From a virus (taxonomy: Duplodnaviria > Caudoviricetes), in IMG/VR virus record IMGVR_UViG_3300028591_000007, positions 1 to 64,000 of that record: a stretch of 64,000 nt of DNA. One strand, 5' to 3'. A program made the position numbers and the translations under genes. The notes under the pieces were generated by a model. That model was not told where the DNA came from. It saw only the letters and a list, made by a program, of their open reading frames with translations, and made no database searches. Below, in pieces: positions 48,026 to 56,362 of this stretch. Numbering within the stretch: position 1 is the first letter of the stretch; every line of letters begins with the position of its first letter.

Positions 48026-48320
48026 AGTCTTTCCTTTCTTTATATTCCAATCTGCCATATTCTTACTAACAAATATCATAGGAGGTACACGTGGAAAAAT
48101 TTTTGTGTTCAGAATATGGCGAGAATGAATATTAATATTTTTACCAGTAATTATAGCTTTGTAATTACTTACTATTTTGATTTTTTCTTTTAAATTTAAT
48201 TAACTTGTTGGTGTTATAAGTTCCCATGCAGATTGAGCTGAAGTATACCTATTAATCCAAATATATAGTTTCTGTTTTTTTTCTTTTTATGTTTTATAGC
48301 TTTTAATCATGGGTTCATCC

Positions 48321-49664
48321 TTAATGGAATAATATAAGCCCAGCAGCACGGCCGCTATAGGTCACGCCATCCTCGCGCACAAAGCCAACGCTGTCGGCAT
48401 CCACGGCACTGACAGAGGACGCTATAGACCTCAACCAAATCCAAGTCCAACCGAATATTTGGTTAAAAGAATATTTAGCAAATAGATTTAATTGTTTATG
48501 TCCTTCACCTTGCTGATATTTATCTGCTGACCATATTTTAGCACCAGCCAACTGACATTCTGTAAGAGCAGCAATATACTGACTATGAGTATTCTCATCT
48601 GACCAATACCAATTTCCAAGTTTATTCCATAACTTTGTATGACCTAACAGATGTTCTAATCCTGTACTACCGCCGAATAATGCTATCATATCTGCTTTGA
48701 TAATATCTAATGCTGAACCAGACAGATAACTATGTAATGTCGATTGGTTATAACCTACATCAGTAATATCGGAACTTGTATACCACTGAGAACTCTGCAT
48801 AGTATCAACAACAATACCTATATGATGTACTGACTCAACTGCATACTGATCATATCCACCATAGAACGTATCCATATCAGCAAGCCAATATCTAAAGTTA
48901 TTACTTGCCTGAGATGTACCCATAAAGTAATCGCCAATTTTATATCCATACTTCTCAAGATTCTGTTCTGATACTGCAGTAGTCAATCTTGACAAGTCGT
49001 TTGTAATATCCCTAGGAGTATGGTCAGATAAAAGAATAATTTTGTCCTTCCCAATACCGCTATCTACAAGGTTTCCAGATGCGTTCAATGTAGCAAGATT
49101 ATCTGCTGTTGCTGAAGTTACCTTGTCGGCTTTGCCAGATTGTAAAGCAGAAATATTATCTGCATTAGCTTTTCCTTTGTTACCTGCGTATGCCGTACTT
49201 GAAGTCTCGCCTAATGCGAGGCTCTCGGAAATTTCTACATAAGCAGAACCGCTCCATCTATATGTATTATCACTTATGAGGTCAACATATATTTTTCCGG
49301 TCTCGCCAGTGATGGCATGTTCATGTTCAGAATCGGAATAAAATACTCCGTTATAAAGATATCCCTCTATGATATTATCAACGTATGGCGGCAACTCTGA
49401 TGCAGGGACTTTACCATTTGCATCTAAATCTGCCACGCCGTTTGCCACACCAGTATTTTTAAATGCTGCAGTGCCAAGCTGTTGCCCTGCTCCCTGAGCC
49501 GGGTAGTCAGTAATTATATATCTATGTGCAGCTTTCTCTGTCTCGGTTAATGCCTGGTAAGCTGCCCAAGTAATAGTAATTGCGTATGCTTTATTTATTT
49601 TATTAGCATATGGAGTTAGTACTGATACTGCATTTTCTTTATCCATAAAATGTTTCTTTGGCAT
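48321..49664 (-). CDS. Tail fibre protein with a C-type-lectin-like (WxWLRS) C-terminal domain; possible DGR target
   Basis: GVA.LDANGKVP..ELP.YVD, GETGKIYVD...YRWSGS.Y fibre motifs; GC-rich last ~33 codons. Confidence 0.7.
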   Translation of the reverse strand: MPKKHFMDKENAVSVLTPYANKINKAYAITITWAAYQALTETEKAAHRYIITDYPAQGAGQQLGTAAFKNTGVANGVADLDANGKVPASELPPYVDNIIEGYLYNGVFYSDSEHEHAITGETGKIYVDLISDNTYRWSGSAYVEISESLALGETSSTAYAGNKGKANADNISALQSGKADKVTSATADNLATLNASGNLVDSGIGKDKIILLSDHTPRDITNDLSRLTTAVSEQNLEKYGYKIGDYFMGTSQASNNFRYWLADMDTFYGGYDQYAVESVHHIGIVVDTMQSSQWYTSSDITDVGYNQSTLHSYLSGSALDIIKADMIALFGGSTGLEHLLGHTKLWNKLGNWYWSDENTHSQYIAALTECQLAGAKIWSADKYQQGEGHKQLNLFAKYSFNQIFGWTWIWLRSIASSVSAVDADSVGFVREDGVTYSGRAAGLILFH

Positions 49665-49677
49665 CTCTTTTACCTCC

Positions 49678-49798
49678 ATTTTGATTTTTTAAAATAGAAA
49701 GCAGTTTCCGTTTATGGAAAGTGTTCTATATTTTGATTTTTTAAAATAGAAAGCAGTTTCCGTTTATGGAAAGTGTTCTATATTTTGATTTTTTAAAA
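49678..49798 (+). repeat. 52-bp tandem repeat (2 full plus a partial copy) containing the TCAAAAT motif and the CAGTTTCC palindrome
   Basis: Seen directly. Confidence 0.9.
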
Positions 49799-49869
49799 AG
49801 AAATAGAGGCTAAGCCGATGAAAGCCTAGCCCCTTGATTTGGTTACAGTTCCGTAAAATTAATTAATTG

Positions 49870-50889
49870 TTAGGGCGTTACAGTTCCGTTCAGGATGTCA
49901 ATAAGATCCTGTACTTCTGTGCTTGTAAGTGACTCTGCATCAGCAGCTTCGATCAGATCAATAATTGTTACATCATCAACTTCTGCTGCAACCCAAGGAC
50001 CTGCTACAGAATGAGCTGTAGTAAACTTGTACAGAACATCCTGATATGTAACAATATCACCAACTGCATACACACCAGCAACAGGATCGAACTCAGGAGC
50101 AAGATCATTTCTTACTAAATCAATCCTTCCGCCAAGTGCTGCATCAGCTGCCTGAAGAGTCTTAACAACAGTGTCAAGATTGATCTTAGTAACCTCTGAA
50201 GCAACCCAAGCACCAGGTGTATCATGAGCTGTAGTAAATTTGTAGAGTTCATCATTGTAAATTACAAGATCACCTACTGCATATGTTCCACTTGTTGCAT
50301 CGAATGCAGGAGCGATATCTGTCTGAGTCTTATCAATTCTTGCATTAGCACCAGCGATTCCTGCTGTAGCAGCTGCTGCAACTTCGTTGATGATCTCTTC
50401 TACAGTTACATCCTCAACCTTTGAAGAATCCCAAGCACCTGCTACATCCTGAGCTGTGGTAAATCTGTAAAGGAAGTTGTTATGTGTAACAATATCACCA
50501 ACTTCATATGTCTCTGTCTCAAGGAACTTGTCAGCGATCATAGCTGCTACATTACCAATTTCTGTATAGATAGCAGCTACATCAATGAATCCAGCAAGTA
50601 CATCAAACTTAAGATCAGGTGTAGAAGCGGTTCCAACATCAGCAATTGCTACATTGGTTCCAGCAGGATAAACATTACCGGCACCTTCTACGAATCTTGA
50701 GTCAGTTGTGAACTCTTCAGTAAGATTGTAGGTCCAACCTACCATACTTGCCTGAAGTGTTGCAGGAAGTCCATTAAAAGCTACTGAACCGTGGAACACA
50801 TATGCTCCATCAACCGCGTCAAATCTGAGTTTAATCGCTTCCATTAATGCGGTAGCGTTACTCATGTCAACAAAATGTTTCTTTGCCAT
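49870..50889 (-). CDS. Structural protein with three CBM5/12-like repeats
   Basis: Y.VGD.V.(H/Y)...LY.FTTA...G.W x3. Confidence 0.7.
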   Translation of the reverse strand: MAKKHFVDMSNATALMEAIKLRFDAVDGAYVFHGSVAFNGLPATLQASMVGWTYNLTEEFTTDSRFVEGAGNVYPAGTNVAIADVGTASTPDLKFDVLAGFIDVAAIYTEIGNVAAMIADKFLETETYEVGDIVTHNNFLYRFTTAQDVAGAWDSSKVEDVTVEEIINEVAAAATAGIAGANARIDKTQTDIAPAFDATSGTYAVGDLVIYNDELYKFTTAHDTPGAWVASEVTKINLDTVVKTLQAADAALGGRIDLVRNDLAPEFDPVAGVYAVGDIVTYQDVLYKFTTAHSVAGPWVAAEVDDVTIIDLIEAADAESLTSTEVQDLIDILNGTVTP

Positions 50890-50902
50890 TTCTTTTTCCT
50901 CC

Positions 50903-51604
50903 TTAAGGTTTTAAGATTTGTAATAGCTCGGCCATTTCCTCTTCGGAAAGACCATCAACAGTGTCGTTCACTTCCATTTCATCCCATTTGTAAGATTGGC
51001 TGTCTTCATCAAAGATGCATTTATAGAAGTGACCTGAGGTGAAACTTAAATTAGTCTCACCAATATATTGCGTTACTCTACCTAGAAGTACTCTCTTTGG
51101 AGTAGGCATTTTTGGATACTGTACCAAATTATTTTGAGGTACCCAATAATAACCATCCCACAAATAGAATATTCCTTCTTCGATAGCGTAATACATTTTT
51201 CTATCGGCAGATGTAAATATTGGTGGTAACATGGTACTGTTTTCTACAATATCGTAATTACCATCTGGACTGCCGATTTCGTTCCACTTTCTATCGTCAA
51301 ATACTGTATCACTGTTTTCTGCAATACAACGATAGAAGCAGGACGCATAAATAACAAGATCACCATATTTATAGAGATTACCAGATTCCCATACATAAAT
51401 AGGTGTTCCGTCATTTACTACCAATTGTGACTCTCTTACTTCACCAGCATCGTTCTTCCATTCAAAAGTAACGATGTTTACGCCATTGCGTTTTTCGACA
51501 GATTTTACTTTACAGGGGGCGCCTTTAAGTCCGCCAAACTGCATTGCTGTTTCATCAGTATATTTTTTGCTAAGAGCGTAAGTGATAATATCTACACCAG
51601 CCAT
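50903..51604 (-). CDS. Structural/fibre-associated protein with a CBM-like repeat
   Basis: W.SG..Y..GDLVIY....YRC; QYIG.T...G.FYK shared with 45070-46863. Confidence 0.65.
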   Translation of the reverse strand: MAGVDIITYALSKKYTDETAMQFGGLKGAPCKVKSVEKRNGVNIVTFEWKNDAGEVRESQLVVNDGTPIYVWESGNLYKYGDLVIYASCFYRCIAENSDTVFDDRKWNEIGSPDGNYDIVENSTMLPPIFTSADRKMYYAIEEGIFYLWDGYYWVPQNNLVQYPKMPTPKRVLLGRVTQYIGETNLSFTSGHFYKCIFDEDSQSYKWDEMEVNDTVDGLSEEEMAELLQILKP

Positions 51605-51608
51605 ATTA

Positions 51609-51854
51609 TTAACCTCCTATCCTCTCCCAAATATCCTGTGAATTAAGCATGTAGACCTCTCCAGTAGATATGACCATACACTGAGAGCCAAACTCAACTG
51701 GTGCAGAACCATCAAATGTCGGATCGGAGTATCTATAATTCTGTTCTACTCCACGACGTTTTGATGTTGGTAGATTAATAATGTCATTGTCTGTGTCTGC
51801 ATAAAATACTTTCTGACTGGCAGTTGATGACTGATTGTGATCTAACCAATACAT
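51609..51854 (-). CDS. Small tail-associated hypothetical protein
   Basis: F.AD...DI..LP...GS...VI.TG.VY.L.S...W. Confidence 0.7.
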   Translation of the reverse strand: MYWLDHNQSSTASQKVFYADTDNDIINLPTSKRRGVEQNYRYSDPTFDGSAPVEFGSQCMVISTGEVYMLNSQDIWERIGG

Positions 51855-51947
51855 CTTTTATTCCTCCTTTCGTATGTTATATATTAACCCAATCTGCATA
51901 AATTAATTTATACAGTAATACACTGTTTAATATGTTTTAGAAATATC

Positions 51948-52007
51948 TTGCTTGGGTAAGGATTCGAACCCTACCTGTTAAAACATTGCCACTCTGACAC
52001 CAAGCAA
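51948..52007 (-). ncRNA. tRNA-like RNA lacking a full anticodon arm
   Basis: TTGCTTGG/CCAAGCAA stem, D-like TGTCAGAGTGGCAAT, T-arm GTAGGG-TTCGAAT-CCTTAC. Confidence 0.55.
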
Positions 52008-52116
52008 CCCATTACGGTATTCAATTGTTTTTTTTTGTTGTTGTTAAAGACTAACCGATTAAAGCCGGCCTTTTTAATCAATTAGTTGAAATCATTAGAG
52101 AAATTATGAATATCTT

Positions 52117-52563
52117 TTACTGCATTTTATTCAGAATTTTTCTAATTGTTTCAGCCTCGTTCGGATCTCGAGTGTTATTAAGCATATCTTCGAGTTCCAT
52201 TCTTGCATCAGATCCTCTTGAATATGAACGTCTCATGTTTCTACCTGAGTATCCATCATTTCCACTTTCTACAGTATATGTCCCTCTGTAAGAATTACCT
52301 GAATATCTTCGGTCCCACATAGGTTCATTTCTATACATCATATTACCAGAGTATCCATCTCCCATCTGCTCCATGTCCTCGATTTCGTAGATTTTCTTAA
52401 GTGTTGACTTTGTATCTTTTATAATATCCAAGATTTTATAAAGAAGGTCAACATCAGCCGGAGACATAACATTCTTATTTTGATCAAGTCTGTTATTTAT
52501 CTGAGATAATTCTAAAGTGACTCTTTCACACGTTCTGTGAAGTTCTTTTTCCAATTCTGCCAT
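52117..52563 (-). CDS. Hypothetical protein with (G/R)YSG repeats (module gene 6)
   Basis: RBS; helical N- and C-termini. Confidence 0.75.
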   Translation of the reverse strand: MAELEKELHRTCERVTLELSQINNRLDQNKNVMSPADVDLLYKILDIIKDTKSTLKKIYEIEDMEQMGDGYSGNMMYRNEPMWDRRYSGNSYRGTYTVESGNDGYSGRNMRRSYSRGSDARMELEDMLNNTRDPNEAETIRKILNKMQ

Positions 52564-52585
52564 TTAATTGTTCTCCTTTCTTGGT

Positions 52586-53053
52586 TTAGGCTCGGTCTAT
52601 TACAATATTAGCATTTGAAACTGTGATTGGTTGTGTTGAAATATTTCTTATAGAAATATTAGAACAAGTACAAATATAAGGTACTTGTACAATCACACTA
52701 ACACTAACATTGAATGGTTCGTTTACAGCTGCTGGTGTAACTTCCATAATGGCACTTGAATCTTCTTCACCATCTACAAATAAAGCAAGTGAAATAGTTT
52801 CTACAGTACCATCAGTAGGTATTTCTATATTTGCACCGAAACTTATCAAATAATTACTATTTCTTTTCCAGCACTGACAAACATTCAGGTTCTGTCTAAA
52901 GAAACGATTGACAAGTCTAAATACACCACTACCATCTCTATGATAAATAAATCCTTCAAAGCAAGGTACTGGTGATTCGTTAAATATAACACTAGCGTTC
53001 GCAGCTACAAGCTGGTCGCCACTATTACTATATTCAGCTGACATAACGACCAC
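52586..53053 (-). CDS. Beta-sandwich (BclA-CTD-like) protein (module gene 5)
   Basis: Q.V.AN..V.F....C..G.I.HR.GSG...Y...F.ANI...NANI. Confidence 0.6.
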   Translation of the reverse strand: MVVMSAEYSNSGDQLVAANASVIFNESPVPCFEGFIYHRDGSGVFRLVNRFFRQNLNVCQCWKRNSNYLISFGANIEIPTDGTVETISLALFVDGEEDSSAIMEVTPAAVNEPFNVSVSVIVQVPYICTCSNISIRNISTQPITVSNANIVIDRA

Positions 53054-53057
53054 CCCC

Positions 53058-53945
53058 TTAAGCTACGAAACCATTGTTTCCACAACAGCCTCCGCCATTA
53101 TTGCAAGTGAATATAGGGGTCTTACCGTAAACAGGTACAGTATTAATTGGACAGTTATTTAACCTGTTGTATAAGTTATCTACTTCTTGGCTAAATCCCT
53201 GTGCAATAAATGCATTCTGTGCAGTCTGAGATGCTGCAAGGTCTTTCATTGACAAATCCTGACGAAGTCTTGCAATCTCGTCATTCTTTGATTCAACCTG
53301 AGCCTTAACGCCGTCAAGTTCTAACTGACAGAGTTTGTCAAGTATTGCCTGAGTTCCACGCGTCTGCGCATCAATAATATCTCTTGTATTATTAGCATCA
53401 GATGTTCTTGTCATATTCCCTTCAGACTGTACTACATTCTGTATTCCAACAGTCGCTAAGCGATTATCACAACAGCACTGAGCTAACTGAGACTGAAGAT
53501 TCATCAATCCCTGCGTGTTAGCTGTCTGGGATGCGAAACTCCTCTCAAGATCTGAAATCTGGTTTGTATAGAGCTGATTAGCAATTGCATTCTGAGCTCC
53601 ATTCACAGTCGCGTTAACTCCCGCAAACCCGGCACAGAGTGAATTTTGAACATCACCAAATCCTGATACTACACCATTCTGTATTCCATTAATTGTAGTA
53701 TTCAGCATCTGATCTCTGAAACCGTCATTGATCTGGTTAGAATTATTGAGCCAAGGATAAAGGCCATTTGTTCCATTGCCTCCACCAAAGCCGTTTCCAT
53801 TACCCCAACCTCCGAAAAGACCAAAGATCAGAAACAAAATTATCCAGCTACCCCAATCACCATTACCAAAACTACCACAGTTACTATTTCCGTATCCCAT
53901 CATAGGGCTTACAGGCATTACCATGTTATCATTTGTACTAATCAT
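53058..53945 (-). CDS. Gly/Asn-rich membrane protein with coiled coil and CCC motif (module gene 4)
   Basis: WIILFLIFGLFGGWG.G.GFGG; QLAQCCCD; QAILDKLCQ. Confidence 0.75.
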   Translation of the reverse strand: MISTNDNMVMPVSPMMGYGNSNCGSFGNGDWGSWIILFLIFGLFGGWGNGNGFGGGNGTNGLYPWLNNSNQINDGFRDQMLNTTINGIQNGVVSGFGDVQNSLCAGFAGVNATVNGAQNAIANQLYTNQISDLERSFASQTANTQGLMNLQSQLAQCCCDNRLATVGIQNVVQSEGNMTRTSDANNTRDIIDAQTRGTQAILDKLCQLELDGVKAQVESKNDEIARLRQDLSMKDLAASQTAQNAFIAQGFSQEVDNLYNRLNNCPINTVPVYGKTPIFTCNNGGGCCGNNGFVA

Positions 53946-54069
53946 AATTAAAATCCTCCATAAGTATTATTTTTTTGTGTTATATATTTAATACCTATTT
54001 TGAATTGTTTTATGAAAAATATTTTTCAGGCCGGCTTAAAACAATTCTCAATAAGTATTGAAACCTAAT

Positions 54070-54270
54070 TTATTGTGAATTGTTAAAAGCTCCAGGGTAC
54101 ATATTCCTAGACTGCTGGTAAGCTTTATTATATTGATCTTGACTAATTTTGCCATTTTGCATTAAATACTGGATAATGGCATTTGGGTCATTCATATTAA
54201 CATTTTGTGGTATATTTATTCCACGCATTTTCATAACTTGAAATAATTGTTGGATCATATTAGCCATCAT
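54070..54270 (-). CDS. Small Gln/Asn-rich protein (module gene 3)
   Basis: DP..IIQYLMQNGKISQ.QYN. Confidence 0.7.
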   Translation of the reverse strand: MMANMIQQLFQVMKMRGINIPQNVNMNDPNAIIQYLMQNGKISQDQYNKAYQQSRNMYPGAFNNSQ

Positions 54271-54740
54271 TCTCTACCTCCCTTCTTATTATAATTCTTA
54301 TTGAAGTTTGGTTTAGAATTCTGATTAATCAATTCTTTTAATTCTTCTATACTTGTCCTTAATGAACTCATTTCAAGATCATTAGAAGATTTGTATTTCT
54401 CGAATTCTTCTTTGAGAGGATTCTGTTCAGCTTGTGAATTTTCATTTACAGGTTCAACATAATCTTCTCTTTTATAGACAGTAAATACTGGTTTATCATT
54501 TGGAGCAAACCCTAAGGTTTTAGTATAAAAGTATAATCCATTTTGATCTTCAAATACTAAATGATTACCTGGAGCAATTGGCCATCGTTCAGCTTCAGAT
54601 CTATCTCTAGTAAAATTGTAAGTATATGAATTATTATATACTTGGTTTAATTGTTCTTGCCTCTGTTGTGCTTGCATATTCTGATATGGAGGCATCTGAT
54701 ATAAATTATTCTGTGGGTAAAATTGATTTGGATATGTCAT
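54267..54740 (-). CDS. Gln/Tyr/Pro-rich protein (module gene 2)
   Basis: A...PIAPG......D......FY.K. Confidence 0.7.
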   Translation of the reverse strand: MTYPNQFYPQNNLYQMPPYQNMQAQQRQEQLNQVYNNSYTYNFTRDRSEAERWPIAPGNHLVFEDQNGLYFYTKTLGFAPNDKPVFTVYKREDYVEPVNENSQAEQNPLKEEFEKYKSSNDLEMSSLRTSIEELKELINQNSKPNFNKNYNKKGGRE

Positions 54741-54886
54741 TCGTTTTCTCCTTTCTTATAAATCCTATCAACACTTTCTAAACAAATTTTTTCTATACTC
54801 ATTGGATAATCACAACCAATAGTACCATCTGGATAATTTGTTAGATGTACACAACCTTCACAAGTTACAGTTTCTTCTTCGTCCAT
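54737..54886 (-). CDS. 49-aa Cys-rich protein
   Basis: AAGGAG RBS; 4-nt overlap with next gene. Confidence 0.5.
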   Translation of the reverse strand: MDEEETVTCEGCVHLTNYPDGTIGCDYPMSIEKICLESVDRIYKKGENE

Positions 54887-54905
54887 ATGTTTCTCCTTTC
54901 ATTTT

Positions 54906-55283
54906 TTATATTTTTGTAAAATAGTACAATACTGACATATTACCTGAATCGAACGTATCTATATAGCACGAGTTAACAACTGCTACAGTGTGCCGTCCAT
55001 CTCCTACTATATATACACCACGCGGATGATCTTTAATAAAATCTTTTAAAGTATAACACATTGGACAAGTATCTGGTATTAAGAATCTTTTATAACCTTT
55101 TTTAATTAAGTAATTCCACCAAATTGCGTTAAAGTTACCCCAATTCTTATGTTCATAACCTTCAATCATTAAGTCCAAATACACATCATCCCAACTTCGT
55201 CCAGTAGCTGTTGCGATTGCTCGTATAACACAATCATCAACAAGTATTCCATGAGGGTTTTCATTTAACTGTATATACCCCAA
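54906..55283 (-). CDS. Putative Cys peptidase-like protein (NP.G..V.DC..RAI) (module gene 1)
   Basis: DC...H.VAV....YIDT.DSG, a possible Cys-His-Asp triad. Confidence 0.6.
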   Translation of the reverse strand: MGYIQLNENPHGILVDDCVIRAIATATGRSWDDVYLDLMIEGYEHKNWGNFNAIWWNYLIKKGYKRFLIPDTCPMCYTLKDFIKDHPRGVYIVGDGRHTVAVVNSCYIDTFDSGNMSVLYYFTKI

Positions 55284-55375
55284 TTCACCTGATCACCTCG
55301 ATTCTTTTAAAAAGAGCTGACCCTAGAAGAAATTCCTCAGAGCCAGCTCCAACGGAGAAATAAAAATGTTTTTAG

Positions 55376-56341
55376 TTACATTTCTTGTATAGTTATTGAT
55401 AAAGGACTATACTTGTCATAATGACCAAATATTGGTTGTACCCATGCATTATTATCTATTTTGATAAAGAACTTACCAGTATAGTTAATACGTTGCATGA
55501 CATCAGTACCAATACCAGCTTTAATATCTAGCATATTATTAACAAACACTTGTAAATCTACATATGCAATACCATCACCATTTAACTGTTTACTTTGTTC
55601 AATACGATACATGAAGTCATTATATCGTTCCATAGTAGGAAAAATCATTTCAAATTTTCCAGTAACTTTCTTTCTTGTTACTATCCTATGTGTTTTGTAA
55701 TCAGCATCTTCCCAATCTTCAGTAACATCTTCGGAATTAACATCATATGTCGGAAGTTTAATACAATCTGTAAAGTCGTCCCAACCAATATTTATTTGAT
55801 CACCATTTTGTTCATAGACAGGAAGACAGAATAATGGTCTGTTTAAAGCATAATATTGAAGTTTATATCTTATTCCTTCACCAACTGGATCATGAATCCA
55901 TGGTTTTGTTGGACTAGTACTAGTCTCTTTTCTAAATAACCTAAGCCATGCCCTGGTATACCATAGTGCATGAGGATCTATATTTGGTATTGTAAACCCA
56001 ACGAGATGCATATCTGGAGAGAAACCAAGTATATTACGAAAGGATCTCATAATAACTGATGAACTAGTATTACCATCTGCCCTATATGGTTTTCTCCAGA
56101 AATCTGCTTTAAGAATATTCTCGCCAGTTAATTTGGAATCGGGAGGAACTATATCTTTATGTTCAGCGGTTGCTGCAGAGCCAGGAGTTGTAGTATAGTA
56201 CACTCTTAAACTCTCAGCTTCTTTAAAAACATATGATGATTTGTATTTAAATTGTATTATTCCGCTAAGATCAAATTGCCCGGTTGATGCATTATATGTT
56301 ATATTTCTATTAGAATAATGTATTTCACCTCTTGATGACAT
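55376..56341 (-). CDS. Distal-tail-like protein
   Basis: Directly after the tape measure gene; W.DA....H....RKK..G pattern. Confidence 0.55.
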   Translation of the reverse strand: MSSRGEIHYSNRNITYNASTGQFDLSGIIQFKYKSSYVFKEAESLRVYYTTTPGSAATAEHKDIVPPDSKLTGENILKADFWRKPYRADGNTSSSVIMRSFRNILGFSPDMHLVGFTIPNIDPHALWYTRAWLRLFRKETSTSPTKPWIHDPVGEGIRYKLQYYALNRPLFCLPVYEQNGDQINIGWDDFTDCIKLPTYDVNSEDVTEDWEDADYKTHRIVTRKKVTGKFEMIFPTMERYNDFMYRIEQSKQLNGDGIAYVDLQVFVNNMLDIKAGIGTDVMQRINYTGKFFIKIDNNAWVQPIFGHYDKYSPLSITIQEM

Positions 56342-56362
56342 TAAATATTATTCCTCCTTTCC

